Origin: Actinomycetota bacterium | Lineage (GTDB): Bacteria; Actinomycetota; Acidimicrobiia; Spongiisociales; UBA4744 | Direction of reading: 5' to 3' | Assembly (NCBI GenBank): GCA_013152275.1 | Contig: JAADGS010000074.1 | Span: 1 to 64,000, forward strand | DNA length: 64,000 bases | Part shown: positions 20,839-29,918 of the stretch, one piece after another | Position numbering within the stretch: position 1 is the first letter of the stretch | Layout of the letters: every line of letters starts with the position of its first letter | Program-made: the position numbers and the translations under genes | Notes under the pieces: generated by a model | What the model was told of the DNA's origin: nothing | What the model saw: the letters and a program-made list of their open reading frames with translations, nothing else | Databases searched by the model: none

Positions 20839-21754
20839 AGAGATCATCATCATCGGATCGGGCCCGGCCGGGCTCACCGCGGCCCTCTACGCCGCCAGGG
20901 GAGGTAATGCTCCCCTCGTCCTGGAGGGAAGCCAGGCAGGCGGACAACTCATGCTCACCACCGAGGTCGAGAACTTTCCCGGCTTCCCCGACGGGCTGCT
21001 TGGACCCGAGCTCATGGATCGTATGCGCAAACAGGCCGAGCGCTTTGGTGCGCGCATGGTCACTTCCGATGTCTCGAAGGTCGATTTCACGACTTCACCC
21101 TTCAAGGTTTGGGCCGGCGCCGATGAGTATTCGGCCAGGTCCGTGATCGTATCCACCGGCGCCTCGGCCAAGTGGTTGGGGATTCCTGGTGAGGATCGCC
21201 TCGTCGGTCGCGGTGTTTCCTCGTGCGCGACGTGTGACGGCTTCTTTTTCCGGGACCAGGAGATCATCGTGGTCGGTGGCGGGGATACGGCCATGGAGGA
21301 AGCCCTCTTCTTGACCACGTTTGCTTCGACGGTCCATATCGTGCATCGGCGCGACGCTTTTCGCGCTTCTGCGGTCATGACGGAACGGGCACTGGCACAT
21401 CCCAAGATCAACGTCATCTGGGATACGGTGCTCGAAGAAGTGCTCGGTGAAGATGAAGTCGACGCCGTGCGCCTTCGTAACGTCAAGACCGGTGCGGTGA
21501 CCGAGATGCGGATCAGTGGCGTGTTCGTTGCGATCGGCCACGAGCCCAACACGGGTCTCTTCAGGGGACAGCTCGAGATGGACGAGGTCGGCTATCTCTC
21601 CCTGACCGGTCCCGCTTCCACACAGACGTCCACCTCCGGCGTGTTCGCAGCCGGCGATGTCGCCGATTCTCTCTATCGTCAGGCGATCACAGCGGCCGGG
21701 ACAGGAGCACGAGCCGCCATCGACGCCCGCCGGTGGCTTGAAACACAGGAATGA
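20831..21754 (+). CDS. trxB: thioredoxin-disulfide reductase
   Basis: GSGPAG, CATCDG, GGGDTAMEEA, HRRD. Confidence 0.97.
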   Translation: MTEEIIIIGSGPAGLTAALYAARGGNAPLVLEGSQAGGQLMLTTEVENFPGFPDGLLGPELMDRMRKQAERFGARMVTSDVSKVDFTTSPFKVWAGADEYSARSVIVSTGASAKWLGIPGEDRLVGRGVSSCATCDGFFFRDQEIIVVGGGDTAMEEALFLTTFASTVHIVHRRDAFRASAVMTERALAHPKINVIWDTVLEEVLGEDEVDAVRLRNVKTGAVTEMRISGVFVAIGHEPNTGLFRGQLEMDEVGYLSLTGPASTQTSTSGVFAAGDVADSLYRQAITAAGTGARAAIDARRWLETQE

Positions 21755-21800
21755 ACTCGAACCGCCCGAGGTTCTACGACACGATCCGAGGAGGCGCCTC

Positions 21801-22127
21801 TTGGCCGAACACACCCTGACCGTCACTGCCGACAATTTCGCCGAAGTCATCGATGCGGACACTCCGATCCTGGTGGATTTCTGGGCCGAGTGGTGCGGGC
21901 CCTGCCGCATGGTTGCACCGGTTCTCGATGAGATAGCGAGCGAGTATCCCGGGAAGATCACCATCGGCAAGCTGAACGTCGACGAGAACCCTTCCCTCGC
22001 GGCGGCCTACGACGTCATGAGCATCCCTACGATGATTCTCTTTCATCAGGGGAAAGAGCAGCGACGTATCGTCGGTGCTCGACCAAAGCACGCAATGGTG
22101 GCCGAACTCGCGCAATTCCTCGGGTGA
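21801..22127 (+). CDS. trxA: thioredoxin
   Basis: WCGPC; TTG start after GGAGG. Confidence 0.96.
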   Translation: MAEHTLTVTADNFAEVIDADTPILVDFWAEWCGPCRMVAPVLDEIASEYPGKITIGKLNVDENPSLAAAYDVMSIPTMILFHQGKEQRRIVGARPKHAMVAELAQFLG

Positions 22128-22285
22128 GGTCCTGCCGCTGCGTCAACCGATGCAGCGGCGACCGTGGTGGCCTGTAACTGCCCGAAGCCTTGGCGCGCGA
22201 TGTGGATGGATACTCGACTCCCCTCCAGCTCGCCCGACACTCGAACTCCGCTGCCGAGTACCTTCTTTCGCGTGAATCTGCAACG

Positions 22286-23269
22286 ATGAGGGCCATGAGG
22301 CTCTACCGTCTCGGCTCATCAGGAGCGCCTATTCGCGACATCCAGATCCGACTCGGCGCGCTCGGTTTTCCTTGCAGCGACGACCCTCCCGGCGAGTTCC
22401 GCGAGGCTACACGAGCAGCCGTGATCTCCTTCCAATCAGAGCGTGGCCTCCCTGCAGACGGGATCATCGGACAGGACACGTGGCGGGCCCTCTACGAGGC
22501 CGGATACAAGCTCGGGGACCGACTCCTCTACAACAAACGGCCCATGTTTCGAGGTGACGACGTCGCGGAGCTCCAGCGGCGACTCAATGCCCTCGGTTTC
22601 GATGCGGGCAAGGTCGACGGCATCTTCGGTCCCAACACGGTTCGTGCAGTGCTCGAATTCCAGCAGAACCGATGGCTCTCCGAAGATGGTGTCGCAGGAC
22701 CCGAGATCGTCGCCGAACTCGATCTCGTGTCCAAAGCCACACGAAAGACCGGACGGGAGGCGATCCGCGAGCGAGAGTGGCTCCGCGGTCTCCCCCGCTC
22801 GATCGCAGGAGCCCGGGTCTTCATCGACGCTGCCTGCGGGCTGGATGAAGAGGCGCGGGCCACGTGGGATGCAGCCGTCGCGGTGGCAACAGTCATCCAG
22901 GAACTGGGAGCCATCCCTCTGCTCGCGCGCAGTGCCGATGCCAGACCACCTGAGAGAATCCGAGCCCTACGCGCGAATCGTCTGGGAGCGGACCTGATCG
23001 TCGGCTTCCGGTTCCCTGCAGGCACGGGCCCGCTCGTCACCTTCTTCGCATCGTCGAAGAGCCACAGTGAGGCAGGTGCCGCTCTCGCAGCACACCTCGG
23101 CGCAGAGCTTTCCTTGCCTGTCGACGGACGCGCCCAGTCGCTTCTCAAGGAGACCCGCGCTCCCGCCGTCGTCATCTGTCACCTCTCCCCCGACGCGGAA
23201 CTTGGAACCTTGGTGGCACGAGCACTCTCCTCATTCTTCTCCCACGCAAGAGATCTCGCCGATGAGTGA
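22286..23269 (+). CDS. peptidoglycan-binding (two PG_binding_1) degenerate amidase_3 protein, CwlM-like
   Basis: FQ..RGL..DG..G and GDDVAELQRRL..LGF repeats; amidase region lacks the usual His Zn ligands; position between trxA and parB. Confidence 0.85.
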   Translation: MRAMRLYRLGSSGAPIRDIQIRLGALGFPCSDDPPGEFREATRAAVISFQSERGLPADGIIGQDTWRALYEAGYKLGDRLLYNKRPMFRGDDVAELQRRLNALGFDAGKVDGIFGPNTVRAVLEFQQNRWLSEDGVAGPEIVAELDLVSKATRKTGREAIREREWLRGLPRSIAGARVFIDAACGLDEEARATWDAAVAVATVIQELGAIPLLARSADARPPERIRALRANRLGADLIVGFRFPAGTGPLVTFFASSKSHSEAGAALAAHLGAELSLPVDGRAQSLLKETRAPAVVICHLSPDAELGTLVARALSSFFSHARDLADE

Positions 23270-23370
23270 TCAGGAGGGGAGTTCGTTTCCGGCCATTACG
23301 TCACGTGACGCTATTGTGCCCGACACGGGCGGCAGCTCGATGTCGCCAGATCCCCTTCGCTCGCACGTCT

Positions 23371-24210
23371 TCAGAGGAGGTCTTTGAAGATTCGCTCCAA
23401 GTCGTCCAATGAGGAGAACTCTATGGAGATCTTCCCCTTCTTCTTCGCGCCGTATCGGATATGGACCGGAGCCCCGAGAGAATCTTGAAGCCGCTCTTCG
23501 AGAGCGATGATTGCCGCCGGCCGCGGAACCTTGGCCGTTCTCGCCTTTTCTCCCGTACGATTACGTGCTCGTACCGCATCCTCGACCTGTCGAACCGACC
23601 AACCTTCCTCGGCCGCCTTCCGAGCCACATGTTCGCAGAACGCCCTATCCTCCAACCCGAGGAGAGCTCGTGCGTGTCCACCGCTCAGCAGGCCCCGCTC
23701 CAGCATCCCTTGGATGGACGCAGGCAATTGCAGCAGCCGCAGAATGTTCGTCACGGCCGATCTGGATTTGCCGACTCTCCTTCCGACTTCCTCGTGCGTC
23801 AAGGAGAAGTCGTCCAGTAGTTGCTGATAGGCAGCCGCTTCCTCGAGCACCGAGAGATCCTCGCGTTGCAGATTCTCGATCAACGCCTCCGTCAGGAGTT
23901 TGTCGTCTTCGCCTTGTCTGATGATTACCGGCAACTCGGAGAGGCCCACCTTCCGGGCGGCGCGCAGCCTTCTCTCGCCTGCGACCAGGGTGTAGACACC
24001 ATCGTCGTCTTCATTCACGATCACCGGTTGCAGTAGCCCTACCTCCTGGATAGAGGCGGCGAGAGAGGCCAGCGCCTCTTCGTCGAAGTGCTCTCTCGGC
24101 TGGCGCGGATTCGGCCGTATCTTCTCAATCGGAACGATCGAGAATGTCCGCTCGGTCTTTGGAATCAGGGCTTCGAGGCCTCGACCAAGACCACTTTTTC
24201 TACTCGGCAT
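23371..24210 (-). CDS. parB: chromosome partitioning protein ParB
   Basis: GLGRGL, PNPRQPR, GLLQP, AGERRLRA, ENLQREDL, HTH. Confidence 0.97.
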   Translation of the reverse strand: MPSRKSGLGRGLEALIPKTERTFSIVPIEKIRPNPRQPREHFDEEALASLAASIQEVGLLQPVIVNEDDDGVYTLVAGERRLRAARKVGLSELPVIIRQGEDDKLLTEALIENLQREDLSVLEEAAAYQQLLDDFSLTHEEVGRRVGKSRSAVTNILRLLQLPASIQGMLERGLLSGGHARALLGLEDRAFCEHVARKAAEEGWSVRQVEDAVRARNRTGEKARTAKVPRPAAIIALEERLQDSLGAPVHIRYGAKKKGKISIEFSSLDDLERIFKDLL

Positions 24211-24997
24211 TCTCACCTCCCTGATGGCGATCGATGAACTCCCTCCCCAATTGTCGGTAAGCGATGGCGCCACGGCTCATGGGATCGAATGCTTCGATCG
24301 GTTGCCCGTACGAAGGCGCCTCGGACAGTCGCACCGACCTTGGGATCACGGTCCGATAGGCGATCTCTCCAAAGAACTCTCGGACCTGCGCAACGACGTC
24401 CGCAGAGAGATTCGTCCTCCCGTCATACATGGTCAGCACAACACCGCCGATTCCCAGTTCCGGGTTGAGGTTTCCACTGACCAGTTCGATGTTTTGCATC
24501 AACTGGCTCAGGCCTTCCAGAGCGTAGTACTCACATTGAATCGGTATGAGTACCTCGTCCGCTGCAGCAAGTGCATTCACGGTGAGAAGCCCCAGGGACG
24601 GTGGACAATCCATGAGTACGAAGTCGTACTCATCGTCCATATCTCTCAGCGCGTTCCGGAGCCGAAGTTCTCTCGAGAACATCGAGACCAGCTCGATCTC
24701 TGCACCGGCGAGATCGATTGTGGCGGGAACAACGAACAGGTCTCGGTAGCTCGTTCCTTCGACGGCATCCTCGATTGCAGCTCCGCCGATCAGAACGTCG
24801 TATGTGGATACTCTCACCGCCCCGCGGTCCAAACCGAACCCCGACGTGGCGTTTCCTTGCGGATCCAGGTCCACGACCAGAATGCGTTTCCCCCGAAACG
24901 AAAGTGTTGCAGCAAGGTTGATCGCGGTGGTGGACTTGCCCACGCCGCCCTTCTGGTTGGTGATGGCAACGATTGTTGTGTGTCTATTGGTCTCCAC
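24200..24997 (-). CDS. parA: chromosome partitioning ATPase ParA/Soj
   Basis: NQKGGVGKST, DLDPQGNA, DCPPSLG, QCEYYALEG. GTG start inferred. Confidence 0.96.
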   Translation of the reverse strand: METNRHTTIVAITNQKGGVGKSTTAINLAATLSFRGKRILVVDLDPQGNATSGFGLDRGAVRVSTYDVLIGGAAIEDAVEGTSYRDLFVVPATIDLAGAEIELVSMFSRELRLRNALRDMDDEYDFVLMDCPPSLGLLTVNALAAADEVLIPIQCEYYALEGLSQLMQNIELVSGNLNPELGIGGVVLTMYDGRTNLSADVVAQVREFFGEIAYRTVIPRSVRLSEAPSYGQPIEAFDPMSRGAIAYRQLGREFIDRHQGGENAE

Positions 24998-25601
24998 ACT
25001 GCTGCATGATAAGCAGCCATCCTGAAGGGTCAAGGACCGGTACCTGCACGACACGCCCACCCAGATGTCTCCATCCCGGATCGGCCGTACGGCGATGCGC
25101 CAATCCGATGACCCCTTTCCCTCCTGGCACCAGCACATTCCCCATGACCCGCACTGCCTCACGAGGACCGAGCACCGCCCGCATCACGACGCCCTCGCAC
25201 GCCCGCTGCTCCCGTATGTCACCAGCGATCGCCTCCACGTTGCCCAGTCCCAGGACCCGAATGGCTCTTCTCAACAACCGCACGCGCTTGACCGACCGGT
25301 CCAGCAAGGTCACCGTGGTTTGTGGGAACGCTATCGCGAGTGGAATACCCGGCAGTCCCGCTCCCGAGCCCGCATCCATCAGCCGTCCCGGTGGCGGATC
25401 GCCCGCCCATCCAACGGAGAAACTCAGGCTGTCAACGATATGCCGGGTCCAGATCCGCTTCTCTTCGCCGGGGGAGAGGAGGCCCGCAGGTATCGCCTCT
25501 TCGGAGAGCCATCGTTCAAACTCTCTCAGAACCTCCCACTGCTCCGCACAAAGATCGACCCTCAACCACTTGCTGATCTGTGGTTGAGGGTCGGGTTTCA
25601 C
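24984..25601 (-). CDS. rsmG: 16S rRNA m7G527 methyltransferase
   Basis: WTRHIVDSL, DAGSGAGLPG; position. Confidence 0.92.
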   Translation of the reverse strand: MKPDPQPQISKWLRVDLCAEQWEVLREFERWLSEEAIPAGLLSPGEEKRIWTRHIVDSLSFSVGWAGDPPPGRLMDAGSGAGLPGIPLAIAFPQTTVTLLDRSVKRVRLLRRAIRVLGLGNVEAIAGDIREQRACEGVVMRAVLGPREAVRVMGNVLVPGGKGVIGLAHRRTADPGWRHLGGRVVQVPVLDPSGWLLIMQQCGDQ

Positions 25602-25608
25602 GTGAAAC
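25595..25608. promoter_or_regulatory. parS centromere-like site
   Basis: Perfect palindrome GTTTCACGTGAAAC, the actinobacterial parS consensus; overlaps the predicted rsmG GTG start. Confidence 0.93.
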
Positions 25609-25616
25609 TCGAGGGT

Positions 25617-26444
25617 TCAGTCCTTCGGCGACAAGACGACCGAACGATGTGGCTCTTCGCCTTCGGAGTACGTCTGCACTCCCTCGATATCAGCCACGGC
25701 GTCGTGGATCACTTTTCGCTCGCCCGCATTCATGGGCTCGAGCATGATCTCGGACTGTTCCTCGATCACCTGTTCTGCAAGTCGGCGCGCGTAAATACGC
25801 AACGCCTCCTTGCGTCGCTCTTGGTAACCACCGATATCCAGCCGGATCCGGGCAGATTCCCGCGTCTTTCGCTGGATCACGGTCTTGCACAGCTCGTGGA
25901 TTGCCTGGAGAACCGTCCCGTGGGGGCCGATCAGCGCTTCTGCCTGGCTTCCAGCGACATCCGCATAGATGATGTCATCCTCGACCCTCGTCGTGACCTC
26001 GCCTTCCAACCCGAACGCTTCCAGCAATCCGCGCAAGAAGGACCCAACAACCTCAGCCTGCTCCTCACGCACTTTCTTGCCCTCCTCGCCGGATGGTTCT
26101 TGCCGCTTCTGCTCTTTCTGCGGCCTCTTCTGCTCTTTCTTCTGCGATCTCTTCTGCTGCTTCTGCGGCCTCTTCTGCTCTTTCGGACGCTCAGCTTCGT
26201 CGTTGCTCTCTGGCTTCCTGCCACGTTGGTTACCGGGCTTCGCGTTCTTCGAGCGCCGGCGCCGACGTTTCGGCTTCGCCTGCACTCTGACTATGGCGTC
26301 CTTACGGCCCAGACCAAGGAAGCCACGCTCGGCGTCCTGCAGAACTTCAATGTTCGCTTGATCAGGGGAGGCCAACCCCAGTTCTTCCACCGCTGCCTGG
26401 ACGGCGAGTTCGACCGTCGGTCCTCTGACCTCGACCCATTCCAC
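25617..26444 (-). CDS. jag: Jag/KhpB/EloR RNA-binding protein (Jag_N, KH, R3H)
   Basis: RGFLGLG, LIGPHG.VL.AI, LEPMN..ERKVIHD, EGEEPHR. Confidence 0.94.
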   Translation of the reverse strand: MEWVEVRGPTVELAVQAAVEELGLASPDQANIEVLQDAERGFLGLGRKDAIVRVQAKPKRRRRRSKNAKPGNQRGRKPESNDEAERPKEQKRPQKQQKRSQKKEQKRPQKEQKRQEPSGEEGKKVREEQAEVVGSFLRGLLEAFGLEGEVTTRVEDDIIYADVAGSQAEALIGPHGTVLQAIHELCKTVIQRKTRESARIRLDIGGYQERRKEALRIYARRLAEQVIEEQSEIMLEPMNAGERKVIHDAVADIEGVQTYSEGEEPHRSVVLSPKD

Positions 26445-26446
26445 GA

Positions 26447-27241
26447 TTACTTCCTCCTCCGACGCTTACGCTTCTTCCGAGACCCCTGGTGTTTCCCCTC
26501 GGGCTTCTCCTCAACCTCCTGCTCCTCCACCTTCGGAGCTGCGGGTCGACCGTCGAGTCTGAAGATCAGTGACTGTTGGCCAATACGAAACAGGTTGGAG
26601 GTCACGAAATAGAGATTGAGGCCCGCCGGAAAACTGAACGAGAAGACACCGAAAAGCAGCGGCATCATCTTCGTCATCATTTGCGCCTGTTGCCCTGCTC
26701 CGTCGGACGAGGCCGGCATGGCTTGCTTTGACTGGATCCAACCGGAGCCGATGACCAGGAGCACCACCAACAGGTAGGGGATTGCTCCGATCCAGCCGGA
26801 CGAGAGCGCATCTTTCGGTGTCACACCGAGATCCATACCCAAGAATGAAGGAAGTCCCGCCTGGAGAGCATGGATAATATTGGATCCTTCTGGCATGAAC
26901 TTCTCGGGGCTCCGGAGGAGTCGAAACAACCCAAACCAGATCGGCATCTGGACCAGCATCGGAAGCACACACCCGGCAGGGCTCACACCCTTCTCCTTGT
27001 AGAGGGCCATCATCGCCTTGTTCAGCAACTCCGGCTCTTCCTTGTGCTTCTTCTGTAGTTTCTTGACTTCCGGCTGAATCTCCTGCATCGCTCGTGTAGA
27101 CCGAGTCTGTTTCAGCGTCAACGGGAACAGAATCAGGTTGATCAACAACGTCAGGAAGATAATGGAAATCCCATAGTTCGGGATCACGTCGTAGAACAGG
27201 CTCATGGGGAGCCCGATCATGCGCGCAAGTGAATCCAACAT
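26447..27241 (-). CDS. yidC: membrane protein insertase YidC
   Basis: NYGISII, MQEIQPEVKKLQKK, GCVLPMLVQMPI, GLNLYF. Confidence 0.95.
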   Translation of the reverse strand: MLDSLARMIGLPMSLFYDVIPNYGISIIFLTLLINLILFPLTLKQTRSTRAMQEIQPEVKKLQKKHKEEPELLNKAMMALYKEKGVSPAGCVLPMLVQMPIWFGLFRLLRSPEKFMPEGSNIIHALQAGLPSFLGMDLGVTPKDALSSGWIGAIPYLLVVLLVIGSGWIQSKQAMPASSDGAGQQAQMMTKMMPLLFGVFSFSFPAGLNLYFVTSNLFRIGQQSLIFRLDGRPAAPKVEEQEVEEKPEGKHQGSRKKRKRRRRK

Positions 27242-27489
27242 CAGCCGTCGCCTCGGGACGGAACCGGGTCATAGCCGGTCTCGTGAAGAGGATGGCAGCG
27301 AGCAATGCGTCTGCACGCCATCCAGCCGCCCTTGAGTGCTCCGAAGCGTCCCACCGCCTCCAACGCGTATTGCGAACACGTCGGCGTATAGCGACAACTC
27401 TTCCCGAGCGCAGGTGAGAGCAGGCGCCGATACGCCCGAATCGCCGCTCGCACGACGAGTGCCGCGGGCCCACGAACCTCTTCACTCAC
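27241..27489 (-). CDS. yidD: membrane protein insertion efficiency factor
   Basis: [23 protein letters not shown]. Confidence 0.95.
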   Translation of the reverse strand: MSEEVRGPAALVVRAAIRAYRRLLSPALGKSCRYTPTCSQYALEAVGRFGALKGGWMACRRIARCHPLHETGYDPVPSRGDG

Positions 27490-27925
27490 GTAGGGATTCC
27501 TCCTCCACGGCAGCCTCCAGCCACCGTACCAAGACCTCGAAAGGTGCCTCCAGAACTTCCTTGGAAGCGATCACAATGTAGCTTCCTTTTCGCAACGGTA
27601 GACAATCGAGTGCCGCCCGTATCCGTCGCCTCGCCCGATTGCGTTGTACCGCACCGCCCACCTTCTTCCTGCTCGCCACGATGCCCACGGCCGCCACCTC
27701 GTCGTACGCGCGGCCGCGCACGACGGTGACGCCTCCTCGGCGTCGCCGCACACCTGTGCCGAACACGTCGGCAAAACGTTTACGGCCTCGAAGAGGGAGG
27801 TAGCGACGGCCGCTACGCGGAGAGGCGCTGCCGGCCTTTGCGCCGGCGGCGCTCGAGGACGGCACGGCCTCCTCGGGTTCGGAGGCGTGCGCGAAACCCA
27901 TGCTTTCGTTTTCTGCGTCGAACAT
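27482..27925 (-). CDS. rnpA: ribonuclease P protein component (start uncertain; see finding)
   Basis: [20 protein letters not shown] motif; position between rpmH and yidD. Confidence 0.85.
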   Translation of the reverse strand: MFDAENESMGFAHASEPEEAVPSSSAAGAKAGSASPRSGRRYLPLRGRKRFADVFGTGVRRRRGGVTVVRGRAYDEVAAVGIVASRKKVGGAVQRNRARRRIRAALDCLPLRKGSYIVIASKEVLEAPFEVLVRWLEAAVEEESLRE

Positions 27926-27947
27926 TCGGCTGGTACGTGCGTTTCAT
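27813..27947 (-). CDS. rpmH: 50S ribosomal protein bL34
   Basis: Manual translation [44 protein letters not shown] (44 aa), below the ORF-track cutoff. Confidence 0.98.
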   Translation of the reverse strand: MKRTYQPNVRRRKRKHGFRARLRTRGGRAVLERRRRKGRQRLSA

Positions 27948-28028
27948 GATGAATCCAAAGAGGTGTGGGAGTGCGCTGAGAGGTTACGAGTGGGTATCAT
28001 CGTTGTCAAAGGACCACAACGGCCTCGT

Positions 28029-28366
28029 TGTGGAAAACGCGAAGTTTTTCCTCAGGTCGCGAAATCCGGTTTCCTGCTCGACGGCGTCATCCGGCCATCT
28101 TCTCCGGCCATCTTCTCCGATCATAATGGGAGGATAAGCAGGCGATTGGCAGGTCTTGTCGGTGTCGAGAAGGTCCCGCAGCGCCACTTTTGTCACTCTT
28201 GAGCAAGCGGGTGGGTGTCCATATACTCGCTGCTCGCCGGAGGCTTTTGGCCCGCCTCACTTCCCCGAGGGGGCTTCCGAACCGCTGTGACCCGGTAAGA
28301 AGTTGAAACTCGGAACTGCCCTCGGGGTCAATGTTCTCCACATCCTGTGGATAGTTCTGTGGATCG
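28029..28366. promoter_or_regulatory. DnaA boxes in rpmH-dnaA intergenic region
   Basis: TGTGGAAAA 28029-28037, TTCTCCACA 28334-28342, TGTGGATAG 28346-28354, TGTGGATCG 28358-28366. Confidence 0.8.
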
Positions 28367-28387
28367 GTAGAGACAAGGAGGTGAAAC

Positions 28388-29740
28388 GTGGCGGAAGCAC
28401 AATCGTCGACATGGGATGGAGAGACCCTCGAGTCTGCCCTGCGCGCCAGGGTCAGCCCTGTCACCTGGCAAACATGGTTTGCGCATCTGACCTACCACTT
28501 CGCCGACGACCGCCTTCGTGTCGTCGCGCCCAGTGAGTTCCACGTCCGTTGGGTGCGTGAGAAACACGCTGTGATCCTGAACGAGGCAGCCCAGGCGGTG
28601 TTCGGTCCTCAAGTCTCCGTTTCGTTCTCCGTCGACACGTCCGAACACGCCGCGAGCCAGGACTGGGAAGAAGAGGAACCCACCACCCAGGCGAAGACGC
28701 CGGTTCCCAAACAACAGAGTTTCCTGGGAGCCAAGTACACCTTCGACAACTTCGTCGTCGGCCAATCCAATCGTTTTGCACACGCCGCCGCCATGGCCGT
28801 GGCCGAGCGCCCGGGCATGCACTACAACCCTCTGTTCATCTATGCGGGTGCAGGACTCGGCAAGACACATCTGCTCCGAGCGGTTGGACATCAATACCAC
28901 GAGCTCAATCCCGACAGCGTCGTACGCTACATGACCTCGGAGGGCTTCTTCAACGAGTTCATCGACGGTATCCGCCGCAAGCGTATGGACGAGTTCAAGA
29001 GCCGCTACAGAACGACGAACGTCCTCCTGCTGGACGACGTCCAGTTCTTCGAAGGTAAAGAACAAATTCTGGAAGAGTTCTTCCATACCTTCAACTCCCT
29101 GTACGAGTCGGGAAAACAGATGGTGTTCAGTTGTGACCGCCACCCAAAGCAGCTCTCCACACTGGAGGACCGTATTCGGAGTCGCTTCGAATGGGGGCTT
29201 CTGACCGATATCCAGCCTCCGGATGTGGAGACGCGACTCGCCATCCTCCGCAAGAACGCCGAATACGCACCTCTTCCCGTCCCGGAAGAAGTTCTACATT
29301 TCATCGCCCAACACGTACGCGCCAATATCCGCGAGCTCGAAGGAGCCCTTACGCGTGTAACCGCGTATGCGGCACTCACCGACCAACAGATCAGGCTCGA
29401 GATCGCTCGCGACGTCCTGCAAGATCTGACTCCCGAGGGCATGCCTCGACCTATCACGGCCGACGAGATCATTGCCACCACCGCGGCCGCCTACGGCTTT
29501 GCCGTCACCGACCTCCGTAGCCCCAGTCGCAAACAACCCCTTGTCCGTTCCCGACAAGTTGCGATGTACCTCTGCCGCGAACTGACCGATCTCTCCCTTC
29601 CCAAGATCGGCGCCCTATTCGGCGGTAGAGATCACACGACCGTCATGCACGGCATCGACAGAATCAACACGCTCATCACCAGCGACCCTCAGGTTTTCGA
29701 GAAAGTCACAGCCCTCTCCCAGCAGCTGAGGAGAACTTGA
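28388..29740 (+). CDS. dnaA: chromosomal replication initiator DnaA
   Basis: YTFDNFVVG, YNPLFIY, GLGKTHL, LLDDVQF, GGRDHTTVMH. Confidence 0.99.
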   Translation: MAEAQSSTWDGETLESALRARVSPVTWQTWFAHLTYHFADDRLRVVAPSEFHVRWVREKHAVILNEAAQAVFGPQVSVSFSVDTSEHAASQDWEEEEPTTQAKTPVPKQQSFLGAKYTFDNFVVGQSNRFAHAAAMAVAERPGMHYNPLFIYAGAGLGKTHLLRAVGHQYHELNPDSVVRYMTSEGFFNEFIDGIRRKRMDEFKSRYRTTNVLLLDDVQFFEGKEQILEEFFHTFNSLYESGKQMVFSCDRHPKQLSTLEDRIRSRFEWGLLTDIQPPDVETRLAILRKNAEYAPLPVPEEVLHFIAQHVRANIRELEGALTRVTAYAALTDQQIRLEIARDVLQDLTPEGMPRPITADEIIATTAAAYGFAVTDLRSPSRKQPLVRSRQVAMYLCRELTDLSLPKIGALFGGRDHTTVMHGIDRINTLITSDPQVFEKVTALSQQLRRT

Positions 29741-29918
29741 CCTTGTCCACATCACCTTCGGCTGCTCGACACGACCTTGTGGAGAACGCGCGGACCCTTC
29801 CACAAACTCGGCGACTCACAAACGCCCCTCTCACCTGCCCCTTTTCGTACTTGTCCCCAATCCACAGGCCTACTACGACTACTACCGTTGATGAACAAAT
29901 AAAGAAGGGATAGTTACG
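29741..29918. other. oriC unwinding region (DnaA boxes, DnaA-trios, A-rich tract)
   Basis: TTGTCCACA 29743-29751, TGTGGAGAA 29778-29786; TTGTCCCCA-ATCCACA-GGCC-TACTACGACTACTAC (29851-29885) matches the box/GC-clamp/DnaA-trio basal unwinding module; A-rich run follows. Confidence 0.9.

Noticed and set aside
23299..23310. Palindrome CGTCACGTGACG downstream of parB as a second parS
   Set aside because: Shares only the TCACGTGA core; the arms differ from GTTTCACGTGAAAC.
26100..26185. Repeated ttctgcggcctcttctgctcttt in jag
   Set aside because: Encodes the low-complexity K/Q/R linker of Jag; ordinary.
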